Notes: generated from the sequence alone by a model not told the origin. A stretch of DNA of 64,000 bases from Eledone cirrhosa (GCA_964016885.1 OZ024740.1:153264001-153328000), one strand, 5' to 3'. Shown: positions 29,088-43,836, counted from the stretch's first letter. Translations and numbers: made by a program.

Positions 29088-29132
29088 GTTATAAACCAAA
29101 AGGAAAATCTATGTGGGACGATCGGGAAAACG
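29088..29132 (+). CDS. 45-nt micro-exon copy 12: (G)YKPKGKSMWDDREN
   Basis: Same splice sites; open in phase 1. Confidence 0.75.
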
Positions 29133-31436
29133 GTACATATATTAATGTTTCTTAATACTATTTAAATATAACGGAAGAACATTATATTTGTGATGTTCTT
29201 CTGAACGTATTGCGAGCAATTTGTAATGTCATTTACGCCTTTATAATGTTATTTATCATTTTATGTACTATACAGGCACTTTGGTGAGTGCACCTTAGCA
29301 CTGTACATTATGATTTTCATTATTATTATTATTAAGGGCGGTGGATTGTCAGTATCGGTAGAGAGTCGGACGCCATGCTTTCCAGCATAGTTACGTCCCT
29401 TTATGGTCTGAGTTCAAATCCCGCCTCGGTTTATTTTGCCTTTCATCCTTATGGGGTCGATAAAATAAAGTACTAGTAATGCACTGAGTAATTGCTGGCC
29501 TTGTGCCTAAAGTAGAAACAATTATTGTTATTATTGTTTTCTTGGAGTCTCAGTCATTGTTGTTATTTAACTGGAAAGTTTGTTCAAATGTACATCAAGC
29601 CGCTACTTCTAGCCTCAGATATTCAGGACGTATCGGAGGGTTGTTGTTGTTTCCAGCAAGCATGCACTTTGAAGTGTTCAAAAATGGGGACTGGAATATT
29701 GTTCTTTAACCAGCCTTCAAATCTCATCGAAATAGTACCTTGTGCTCCTATGAAAATCGGATGGCCTTGATCTCATGATAATCCCAAATACTTTTTTTTA
29801 TTGCTACTTTAAATCTTGGTATCGGTTAATTTACTCCTCCTGTTCTTGCACTCTTGTGTCAAAATGGGGCAGGCTTCATCTACAATCAGGTTCGATCTTT
29901 TTGCCTTGTTAAAACCCGCCGGGTCAGGCCTATTGTGTTCTAATTACTTGTGTGTCTCTATCCTGAAATTCCATATAACCTCATCTCGATCGTTTTCTAT
30001 CACCGACTCTGGTTTATGCTCATACCACTTCTCAGAATGTGGTAAATTATTCAGTTCGCATAAATGCCAGTGAATCACCTTTCCCATTACATTGTGCCTC
30101 GAACCTTTGTACATCGGATACGATGTGAGCCACAGTTCCCTCTCTATCTCCACACATTCTACTTAGTGGACTAGCCTCCTGCTTGTCAATATGGTGTTTC
30201 ACTCACTTCGCTCTGAGGGCTTGCTCTTGTGATGCCAGTAACATTTCCTCTGTAGCTTTCTTAAGGTTTCCACTTTTTAACCAGCTCCATCTCTGTAGAT
30301 CTCTGAATTCCGTTGTCTTAAAAAAGGTACTATGAAAGGATTTTTTCATGAAGGTGGCTCTTCCTCTTTATTGTTACTTCTTCCTTGGACATCCCCTTGT
30401 CTACGTTTTCTCCCTCAGTATAATTGGAGCATCGGCTCCCTACTCTCAGACACATATTTGTGCAGACCGCTCTTCTCCATCAGAACACAGTCCTTTTCGC
30501 TGATAAGACCTCTCCCACCTTCAGATCTATTTAAGTAAAGTCTATCTACAACACTCCTCTTATGGAACATGGTGTAGGTAGTCATTATCTTCTTAGTCTT
30601 TCTATCCATTTCTTTTTGTTCAATACCATTCCATTTCATAATTCCCGCACTGTACCTAATAATAGACACAGCTCAGGAATTTACTGCACTTATGACATTC
30701 CTACTATTTAGATGTGATTTTAGTATGTTCCTTACTCTCCTTATGTATTCAGAGCTTATCAATTCCTTCATTTTATTGTTCTTGATGTCATCTTCCTCCA
30801 GAACACCCAAATATTTGTATCTCTCTTCAGTGTCAATTTCCTTTACCTTCTCAGTCAATGGTACTTGGATTCCGTTGTTTCTATGCAATTTACCCCTCTT
30901 TACCACTAGGACTCCACACTTATTAGCACCAAATTCCATACATATATCATTGCTGAAAATACGGACAGTCTTAACAAGTACATCCAACTTCTCGCTTTTC
31001 CCAAATAGTTTTAGATCGTCTATGAAGAGAAGGTTGTAGATGTTAAGGTCTCCTCTTCCCAGCTTGTATCCTGCTTTTACTTTTCGCAATATGAGGGACA
31101 AGTGTATGAGGGTAAGGACAAACAACAATGGAGACAAACTGTCGCCTTTGAAGAAAGCTCTCTTGATCTTCACTCCTCCCAAGGATTATCCTTCTGTTGT
31201 TTGCTCTGTCTCCCATAACTTCATACTATTACTTAATGCACTGGAGTCGTTTTAGTCGAATTCCCCTCCCCTTCAAATTGCTGGCCTTGTTACTTTAGTA
31301 GAAACAATTATTATAATCAGGGTGTCTCTGTAACATTACTTGATATCCACAAGGGTTGGGGTGTACAATACTAACATTACTAGCCATGTAATGGGATCCA
31401 TTGAGTTATAATATAATTTGTTGTTAACACTTTCAG

Positions 31437-31481
31437 GTTATAAACCAAAAGGAAAATGTATGTGGAACGATCTGAAAAACG
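31437..31481 (+). CDS. 45-nt micro-exon copy 13: (G)YKPKGKCMWNDLKN
   Basis: ctttcag acceptor, gtacat donor; open in phase 1. Confidence 0.75.
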
Positions 31482-31543
31482 GTACATATATTAATGTTTC
31501 TTAATACTATTTAAATATTACGGAAGAACATTATATTTGTGAT

Positions 31544-31629
31544 GCCTTTCATCCTTACGGGGTCGATAAAATAAAGTACCAGTAATGCACTGGGTAATTG
31601 CTGGCCTTGTGCCTAAAGTAGAAACAATT
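31544..31629 (+). mobile_element. 5'-truncated SINE in the unit-13 spacer
   Basis: Starts at gcctttcatcc directly after attatatttgtgat; the adjacent spacer is deleted. Confidence 0.8.
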
Positions 31630-33784
31630 ATTATTATTGAGGTCGGTCGGTGAATTGGAAGTATCAGTAGAGGGTTGGACGACATGCTTTCTAGCATAGT
31701 TACGTCCCTTTACAGCCTGAGTTCAAATCGCGCCGAGGTTAACTTTGCCCTTAATTCTTAGGGGGTCGATAAAATAAAGTACCAGTAATGTACTGGCAAT
31801 TGCTGGCCTTGTGTCTAAAGTAGAAACAATTATTATTATTATTGAGTTCAAAGTAGAAACAATTCTTCTTAGTATTATTGTTTTCTTGGAGTCTCAGTCA
31901 TTGTTGTTATTTAACTGGAAAGTTTGTTCAAATGAACATCAAGCCGCTACCTGTAGCCTCAGATATTCAGGACGTATCGGAGGGTTGTTGTTGTTTCCAG
32001 CAAGCATGCACTTTGAAGTGTTCAAAAATGGGGACTGGAATATTGTTCTTTAACCCTCCTTGAAAACTCGTCGAAATAGTACCTTGTGCTCCTATGAAAA
32101 TCGGAACGGCTTTGATCTCATGACAGTCCCAAATACTTTTTTTTATTTCTACTTTAAATCCTGCTATCAGTTAATTTTCTCCTCCTTTTCTTGCACTCTT
32201 GTGTCAAAATGGAGCAAACTACATCTACAATCAGGTTCGAACTTTTTGCCTTGTCAAAACCCGCCGGGTCAGGCCTATTATGTTCTAATTTCTTGTCTGT
32301 CTGTATCCTGAAATTCCATAGCACCTCCACTCAATCGTTTTCTATCACCGACTCTGGTTTATGCTCATACCACTTCTCAGAATGTGGTAAACTATTCAGT
32401 TCGCATAAATGCCAGTGAATCACCTTTCCCATTATATTGTCCCTCGAACCTTTATACATCGGATACGATGTGAGCCACAGTTCCCTCTCTCTCTCTCCAC
32501 ACAATCTACTTAGTGGACTAGCCTCCTGCTTGTCAATATGGTGTTTCACTCACTTCGTTCTGAGGGCTTGCTCTTGTGCTGCCAGGAGTATTTCCTCTGT
32601 AGCTTTCTTAAGGTTTCCACTTTTTAACCAGCTCCATCTCTGTAGATCTCTGAAGTCCGTTTTCTTAAAAAATGTACTATGAAAGGATTTTTTCATGAAG
32701 GTTTCTCTTCCTCTTTATTGTTACTTCTTCCTTGGACATCCCCTTTGTCTACGTTTTCTCCCTCAGTATAATTGGAGCATCGGCTCCCTACTCTCAGACA
32801 CATATTTGTGCAGACCGCTCTTCTCCATCAGAACACAGTCCTTTACACTGATAAGACCTCTCCCACCTTCAGATCTATTTAAGTAAAGTCTATCTACAAC
32901 ACTCCTCTTATGGAACATGCTGTAGTTAGTCATTATCTTCTTAGTCTTTCTATCCATTTCTTTTTGTTCAATACCATTCCATTTCATAATTCCCACACTG
33001 TACCTAATAATAGACACAGCTCGGGAATTTACTGCACTTATGACATTCCTACTATTTAGATGTTATTTTAGTATGTTTCTTACTCTCTTTATGTATTCAG
33101 ATCTTATCAATTCCTTCATTTCATTGTTCTTGATGTCATCTTCCTCCAGAACACCCAAATATTTGTATCTCTCTTCAGTGTCAATTTCCTTTACCTTCTC
33201 AGTCAATGGTACTTGGATTCCGTTGTTTCTATGCAATTTACCCCTCTTCACCACTAGGACTCCACACTTATTAGCACCAAATTCCATACATATATCATTG
33301 CTGAAAATACGGACAGTCTTAACAAGTACATCCAACTTCTCGCTTTTCCCAAATAGTTTTAGATCGTCCATGAAGAGAAGGTTGTAGATGTTAAGGTCTC
33401 CTCTTCCCAGCTTGTATCCTGCTTTCACTTTTCGCAATATGAGGGACAAGTGTATGAGGGTAAGGACAAACAACAATGGAGACAAACTATCGCCTTTGCA
33501 GAAAGCTCTCTTGATATTCATTTCTCCCAAGGATTCTCCTTCTGATGTTTGCTCTGTCTCCCATGACTTCATACTATTAATTAATGCACTGGAGTCGTTT
33601 TAGTCGACTTCCCCTCCCCTTCAAATTGCTGGCCATGTGGCTTTAGTAGAAACAATTATTATAATCAGGGTGTCTCTGTAACATTACTTGATATCCACAA
33701 GGGTTGGGGTGTACAATACTAACATTACTAGCCATGTAATGGGATCCATTGAGTTATAATATTATTTGTTGTTAACATTTTCAG

Positions 33785-33829
33785 GTTATAAACCAAAAGG
33801 AAAATCTATGTGGAACGATCTGAAAATCG
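33785..33829 (+). CDS. 45-nt micro-exon copy 14: (G)YKPKGKSMWNDLKI
   Basis: Same splice sites; open in phase 1. Confidence 0.75.
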
Positions 33830-34061
33830 GTACATATATTAATGTTTCTTAATACTATTTAAATATAACGGAAGAACATTATATTTGTGATGTTCTTTTG
33901 AACGTATTGCGAGCAATTTGTAATGTCATTTACGCCTTTATAATATTATTTATCATTTTATGTACTATACAGGCACCTTTGGTGAGTGCACCTGAGCACC
34001 GTACATTATAATTTTCATTATTATTATTATTGAGTTCAAAGTAAAACCAATTCTTATCATT

Positions 34062-34252
34062 ATTGTTTTCTTGGAGTCTCAGTCATTGTTATCATATAAC
34101 TGTAAAGTTTGTTCAAATGAACATCAAGCCGCTACTTGTAGCCTGAGATATTCAGGACGTGTCGGAGGGTTCTTGTTGTTTCCAGCAAGCATGCCTTTTG
34201 ATGTGTTCAAAAAACGGGGCGCGACTTCAACCATCATTGAATACTCTTCGAA
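34062..34252 (-). mobile_element. Short 3'-terminal R4-like fragment closing the array
   Basis: ttggagtctcagtc...ccagcaagcatgc...ctcttcgaaa followed by unique sequence; more diverged than the internal copies. Confidence 0.8.
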
Positions 34253-34382
34253 ACTTCAGTGAAATGTCGTAAAATAATAAATGATTTTTGAAAATTGCAT
34301 TACATTATACAATACATCCTTAATATTTAATATTTGTCGACGTTTATATTCTTATATATATTTGAATTTTGTATTTCTAAAG

Positions 34383-34389
34383 AAATACG
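34383..34389 (+). CDS. Candidate 7-nt micro-exon AAATACG
   Basis: gtatttctaaag| and |gtatgt; part of a local duplication with 34724. Confidence 0.3.
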
Positions 34390-34723
34390 GTATGTTTATA
34401 AATAAACATTTAGAAAGCCATTCCTATGAATGACACTGGCAGCTAACGCCACGAAGCAGTGCTATGTAGAAGCAAGGTGGAAAATCATCGATGCATTTCG
34501 AACTCAAATGGTTCTCGCCAGGACGATCCCTCCCGCTCTTGCAACTGCCGGACTTTGAAAACAGGCGAAAATATATAGTGTTTTCGTCTGTGTAAATGAG
34601 GAGATTAATCTCATCGGCATATGAAACTGTATAAGTTGGTTCGACTTAATATAGAATAGAATTAGAATTTAGTTTCGAACATCGTTGCATACAAATATGT
34701 ATTTGAATTTCGTATTTCTCAAG

Positions 34724-34730
34724 AAACACG
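34724..34730 (+). CDS. Candidate 7-nt micro-exon AAACACG
   Basis: gtatttctcaag| and |gtatgt. Confidence 0.3.
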
Positions 34731-34922
34731 GTATGTTTATAAATAAACATTTAGAAAGCCATAGCTATAGCTCGGACCGGATTTTATCTTCCCTAGCGGC
34801 CTTGCCACATCTGAGCTCTTTATGTGCTCATGTGATCTCAGTCTATGAGAGATCGGTCTACGTATAAAAGTCCACGCTATAAATTTATCCGAACAAAACT
34901 ATCCAAAAATTGTTTCTTTTAG

Positions 34923-34935
34923 ATGAGTATATACG
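34923..34935 (+). CDS. Candidate 13-nt micro-exon ATGAGTATATACG
   Basis: tgtttcttttag| and |gtatat; 7+7+13=27 restores phase 1; the following intron would be only 50 nt. Confidence 0.25.
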
Positions 34936-34985
34936 GTATATATAAAAGATTTTCATGTGCAATAAAAATGTCGTATAATTTTCAG

Positions 34986-35045
34986 ATGAAAAGAAACAAA
35001 CCAAATGTTCACCATATTCTACTTTACTGTTGAGACATTTTCATG
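34986..35045 (+). CDS. 60-nt phase 1-1 exon: (D)EKKQTKCSPYSTLLLRHFH
   Basis: ataattttcag| and G|gtatgt; open in phase 1. Confidence 0.55.
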
Positions 35046-35369
35046 GTATGTTTCATATAGAATTGTTTTCTCATAGGGTTACCAACAGTAATAAAATAGA
35101 TGTTTCATGACAGTATTTTGTGACAGGACTCCCAACAATTATATTTTGTGACAGGACTCCCAACAATTATAAAGTAGATAAAGCAATATGGTCGGGTATG
35201 TTTAGGTTGTAAGTAGGTGGGGGCGTTTTCAAAGTATGTTTCATATATAATTGTTTTGTCATAGGGTTCCCAACCGTCATGAAGTAGATGCGATCGAGCA
35301 CATTTAGGGTATAAACATCTGAAAAATTCTGTCTAGTCCTCCGTAAAGTTTCTTACTACTTATATGCAG

Positions 35370-35690
35370 AGGTGTTGAGGCTTTTATCAGAGAGACATTT
35401 ATTTAACTCAGATCAACATAAAACTCCAGTCTCTCTCAAAGTAGGATCCACCTACTTCAATGTACTTGTTGTAGCTCCCCAGCCACATCTGGAAGGCTCC
35501 TTTGTAGTCCTCCAAAGTAAAAGTGTCCAGGGCGTTTGTCACAGTCGCCTTTATCTTCTCCATATCCTCAAAGCGGATACTCGTGAACTTCTCCCTCAGC
35601 TTCGGGAACTTCCAGAAGTCGCATGGCGATAAGCCTAGACGGTAGAGAGGATGAGGGACAGTCTTGATCCCCATATCAGCCATGTATTGT
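35370..35690 (-). mobile_element. Degenerate mariner/Tc1 transposase C-terminal relic
   Basis: IKTVPHPLYRLGLSPCDFWKFPKL...RF...GGSYFE resembles the mariner HPPYSPDLAPxDF C-terminus. Confidence 0.8.
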
Positions 35691-35989
35691 TCACAAGGAT
35701 GGATTTGTAACAGGGAAAATTGTCCTGGTGCAGATGCCACTGACAAAATCCGAAGAGTTCTGGTCTCTTTTGAGCTCACTGGGGCTATTAAAGACCGAAA
35801 CAATGGGGTAGCCATGGATGTTTGCGTTTCTGAAACTTGGGGAAGGATTAAGTGGTGGAGGTAAGATATGTGTTGACAATAATGTTAGTAGCGATGGCAA
35901 GAGGAGGAGACAGAGGGTCGAAGACATGAACTCTTATTAGTGGGTTCCGAAGATGAATACCTATATATTGTTTTATTTATCGATCGATT

Positions 35990-38817
<2,828 letters not shown>

Positions 38818-39254
38818 TTGTTATATTTGGGGAGGGTCATATTTGCGTAATATTGCCAGAATTAATAACAGAACACACTCACTGTTTGGTTGGTTTTCGC
38901 TTCTCGCTGTCTTTTATATATATATATCTGCGATCTAACTTACTCGGTCCTCAATGTTGCCATTGACTGACCGGCGGTCAAAAATAATACAGATACAATA
39001 TAGACAAACACATATATATATAGTTTACATAAATCTTTCGTTGCACATCTGCAACATCGTCAGTGGTGTTATATTCATTGTTCCTCCTGTTGTGTTGTAT
39101 GTCTACGCCATTTTTTTTTTTTTTGTTCAGTCTGTCTATATATTTATTTATTTATTTGCTTGTTTGTTTATCTTATTTTATTTTGTCTTCTTTGCGCATG
39201 CGTTTGCGTGTGTGTATAGTGTTATGTGTGATGTGTGACTAGTGTGTATAGTGT

Positions 39255-42200
39255 TACACTTCCTGTCCTAAACTAATGAACCAAAAAAAGGCTCTTCTGC
39301 CGACACCCATCAAAACAACACAACCACCAACACCACCACAACAACAACAACACCAACACACAAAAATAACCACAACAAACACAGTCCCACCCAACCCCAC
39401 TCCACCTAAAACCACTGCAAAATCACATACAGACACAACAGCTCCACAAGACATACCCCTCCCCAATCACACAGACGATACAACAGATGAGGCTATCTCG
39501 CCATCACCCAGTGAAGACGAGGGAGAACCCCATCGCTCGAAAAGAAAGAAAAGACATCACAAAAGCAAAAAACCAGCAAACACTACCACAAACATACAAC
39601 CACCAACACAAACAACAAAAATATCACAAACAAAACCCCCACCTCCTGAAAACAAAATACCTACAACAAAACGAAAGCACACACAAGAACTACAGACAAA
39701 AACAAACACAACACAAGAAAATTACACTTACACTTACATAAACACTGAAAACAAAACACTAATGGAGACCATCACAAACGACCCTTCGGTTTTCACCGAA
39801 GGGAAAACTTTCGCTCACTCTATAAAAAAATAGCAAAAAACTGAACCTTAAACTGATTAGGGTCCCTATACAAACTTATAGGTCCCTAAAAGAAACATTT
39901 GAGAAGGATGTGGGGAATTCCTGCGTGAAACCACTCAACCGCGTCCTTCTCAAATGCCTCCCCACCCCAGACACCCCCATCCCACCAGACCCCACCCCAC
40001 CAAACATCTGCGTCCCCACCCCGCCGGAAACCACCACCCATCCAGACAACCCCTCCAACATCCCCATGGAAATCGTGCGGCCTGGTCCCCAGGAGGCGAA
40101 GGGTGAGTGATCTCTTTTCCTCTTTTAACTTTTCAGCACCAACATGGCCAATATAAGAGTTGGATGTGTGAACGTACGCGGCCTGGGGATGCCCTGGAAA
40201 CAGGGCAAACTCTTAAACGACCTCAGGTCGCACAGTTTGGATGTGGTAGCCATTTGCGAGTCCAGGATCCACGGCGAGCGACAGCTGGCCCCCATCTTCG
40301 ATGACTTTGAGATCTACGCATCTCTCTGTCAACCGGGGGGTGGGGGCGGAGTTGCCGTTTTGCTGCGGAAACACCTGGGCCTCGTAACACAGACGGTACA
40401 TCTGGACCCGGAGGGTCGACTGGTGGTCCTAGACGTTGACGGTAGTGAAGGTGGAGCGTTCAGGCTGGTGGCCGCATATGCCCCATCCGGGACACCGCGG
40501 CCAGACTTCTTCAAACGTCTAGAGACTTTTCTGGGAACGTCCCGCTCCTTGCTTTTAGTGGGGGACTGGAATGGAATCCTAGATGCACGTTGGGACTATG
40601 TGGGAGCATGTCCCGATAAAGGGGGGTGTAACAGCCTCAAACAGTTAATCGACCGATTTGACCTGGCCGATAGATATCGACTAGATTTTCCGACTGCGCC
40701 ACTGTGGACGTGGAGTAATCGTAGCGGAACATCTAGATCGTACCTAGATAGGGTTCTAGTTAGAAAGAAGGATAGGGACATGTTAAGCTGTCCACAAATG
40801 TTCATGGTTGCCTATTCAGATCACAAACTAGTGACCTGCATGGCCAACCTTGATAGAACCCATAGACAAGGACCCGGCTACTGGAAGCTGAACTTGTCGT
40901 TACCGACAAGCAAAGCCTACAGTAGACGGATTAGCACTTTAGTTAAACAGCACTTGACAGGGGCCATTGTCAACAACAGAAGGTGGTACTCTCTCAAGAG
41001 GGCAGCTAGATTAGACTCGATAGTTTTTAGTAAAGAATTAGCGTTAGATAGAAATAGAACCGAGAAGGAACTGGTAGATAAAGTAGAAGAGGCAATTAGA
41101 AGTGGCAACGTAGCCAGCGTGCTAGCAACGAGAACGGCCTTGGACCAGTTCTTCGACGCAAAGCACGAGGGCTGCGTTGTCAGAAGCAAAATACGTGCTC
41201 TGGGAAACGAGGGAGCCAAAGCTGTTAGCTGGGCCCGATTGACGGAGGCAAAAAGTGGCAACAAGTCCACGATTCGGTCTTTGAAGGACCAAAACGGACG
41301 CGTGATACGTGAGCCGAAGCAGATGTGTGCGGCTTTTCAGCGGCACTTTGCTCGGCTGTTCGGGGGGAGCGGCGCGCCGGGAGAGGCTATGGATTTCGGT
41401 CCATACCTCGACGGCCTACCGCGACTCTCGGACAGCGAGGCGAAGTTCTGCGAAAAGCCGATTTCAGCCACTGAGATAGGGGACGCGCTGAGCCAATGCG
41501 GCAAACGCAAATCTCCAGGTCTCGACGGTCTACCCTACAAATTTTACGTAGCAATGCCGGACTTATTCTCCGGTCTCCTGGAAGCGGTCTACTGCAACTG
41601 GCAACATAACGGGAGAATTCCCAGTTCTGTAACCGGGGGCGTGGTCACACTAATCAGGAAGGACGAGAATAAGGGGGATGACATAGGCAACTTCCGGCCC
41701 ATAACTCTGCTAAACACAGAGTTACAGATTTTGGCCAAGGTGTTGGCAAAGAGGCTGGCGCTTGTCGTCGAGAACCTGGTGGGAGAAGCGCAGACATGCG
41801 CGATCCCGACCAGGTCCATAAACGACAACCTCCACCTCATGCAATACATCATAGAGAGGGTAGGGTGTAAACCTGGCTTCGGTGGGGCCCTGATTAACTT
41901 GGATCAGTCTAAGGCTTTCGATAGGGTTGACCATCGTTACCTGGATGCGGTGCTCGAGGCGGCAGGCTTCGGACCCGTGTTCAGGGGCTGGATTGCTTCA
42001 ATGCACAACAGCAACATCTGCTCAAGGGTCAAGGTGAACGGTTACCTCTCGGAGCCGTTCCATATTACGCAATCCATTCGACAGGGATGCCCTCTCTCCT
42101 CCCTTCTGTACGTACTGACTCTCGAGCCACTACTGCGGAAGCTGAAGCTATTGCAGGGCATCCCTCTGGAACCGGGACTGCGGAAAGCGGCGTCGGCCTA

Positions 42201-43797
42201 CGCCGACGACGTGACAGTAATGGTGTCGAGCGCCTCGCAAATCGAGGAAGTCGGCACCTTACTAAAGGAATACGAAAGTCTCACAGGAGCGAAGCTGAAC
42301 CGGGACAAGTCCATCGGTTTGCAACTCGGATCGTGGAGAGGCAGACCGATGCCTTCCGATGGCGTCGTCGGACGCTGGACGGAAGGACCGGTAAAGCTGC
42401 TCGGGGTCTGGTTTGGTCCGGAACGAAGTGACGGCCAAGGTGTTTGCACTCACCCAGAAGTGGGCCGAGTGCAAACTATCCTTGAAAGGTCGAGCGGAGG
42501 TGGCGAACACTTTTATAGCGTCCGCCATCTACTACCGCTTGACCGTCGTGCCTTGTCCAGCCAAAACGCTCGCCAAAATGGAGCGCGCGCTCTTCCGATT
42601 CCTTTGGAAGAGGCGGGCTCCTTTGGTGAGAAGATCCATCTGCTGCCAACACCCTTCTAACGGAGGGCTGGGGATGCCGTGGTTGACGATGCGCAAACAC
42701 GCGCTCAGGCTGCGGCATCTCTACGTATTCCTCACCGGACAACCGGTGTGGGCCCCGTTCGTGAGGCGAGCCTTCCCACGACTCGTCTCGCTGACCGAGC
42801 TGCAGTCCTGGGTCAAGCAAAGACCGAGGAAAATGGGCGACTGGCACATCGAATGTGCTCAGGCGCTCACAGCCCTCTGGCAGGCGGACCCGGCGATCAG
42901 TGGAGACTCCACTTCATCATTCTATAGAGGGTTGGTCCGCAGCAAGTGCGACGACGCGCTCGGTGAAACTCTAGGCGTAGAGGAAGATGAACTGGCCAGT
43001 CTGTTCGGTAGGACCTTCCGCCCGGGACCGATGGACAACTTCCAAAAGTCCCTGGCCTGGCAGTGCTACCGAGGAGCTCTACCAGTTCGAGACAAGCTCT
43101 ACAGACATGGGCTCCCGGGAAGGGACCCTGCAAAAAAGATCTGTCCGAGGTGCGTGCGAGACGAAGAAACCGTCGCGCACGCATTCATACACTGCCCGGG
43201 CGTCACTGACCTGTGGGGCTATGTAGAACGACTATTGTCGCGGGTGGGACCAATCCAGTTGACCACCGAGTCCATTGTCATGATCAAACCGCCACCCTCC
43301 TTCAAAAACGAAGGAGAGGCGGTTTTCCTTTGTGTGATAGCTATGGCGAAAGAGGTTGTATGGTGGACAAGGTTGAAAGGGCTGAGGTCAGACACCTTTC
43401 TCTCCGGCCAACAACTGATTCTTTTTTTCAAATACCACTTTGGAAGAAGAGTCAGGATGGAGAGAGAGGTGCTGTACCCCAGCAAGTTTTATGAAAGGTG
43501 GGTGAAAGTGGCGAGAATGGCCCGAGTGAATGGGCCTTCTCTCTATATCAGCCTGTAGGTTGAGGAAAAGGAGGAGGAGAGGAAAGGAGTACAAGCTCTT
43601 CGTACTCCTGGAGATGAGGGTTGCACATTTTTTTCGGGGGTCTGTGTTACCCATATAAACTGTCTCCCTCTATTGGGGAAAATCGACTAACTTTTAAATT
43701 CCATCTGTGATAACATTTTACACGTTTTTATTGTATGTAAACTTCCCCCTTTGTATTTGTCCCCTTCTTTTGTGCCCCTGTGGCTAATAAAGAAATA
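39255..43797 (+). mobile_element. L1/Tx1-clade non-LTR retrotransposon (5' boundary uncertain)
   Basis: P/T/K-rich ORF1-like remnants (39276-40110), ORF2, 3' UTR ending aataaagaaa next to a (TATC)n tract. Confidence 0.8.
40144..43558 (+). pseudogene. L1/Tx1 ORF2: APE endonuclease + RT + zf-RVT, one frameshift near 42420
   Basis: NVRGL, GDWN, SYLDR, SDH (APE); KSPGLDG, RPITLLN, KAFDRV, RQGCPLS, YADD (RT); GGLG and CPRC..ETVAHAFIHC in the second frame. Confidence 0.92.

Positions 43798-43836
<39 letters not shown>

Larger units (their letters stand above)
1..34250. repeat. Tandem array of 14 units (2.1-3.5 kb): R4-like retro fragment + SINE tail + spacer with 45-nt exon; begins before the window
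   Basis: Marker ttaatgcactggagtcgttttagtcga recurs near 1611, 3686, 6956, 9314, 11633, 13709, 17161, 19319, 21676, 24030, 26535, 28906, 31234, 33582; near-identical ORF translations recur at the same period. Confidence 0.97.

Noticed and set aside
190-33603. Repeated 60-240 aa ORFs on both strands read as a family of functional RT genes or membrane proteins
   Set aside because: Minus-strand ORFs are frameshifted pieces lacking the RT N-terminus, with breakpoints that vary between units; plus-strand ORFs are their antisense shadows.
1-34250. Array as repeated site-specific retrotransposition, or as a CRISPR, DGR or retron-like RT system
   Set aside because: All copies share one 5' truncation point and the same flanks, which indicates DNA-level tandem duplication; the context is eukaryotic and no prokaryotic partner genes are present.
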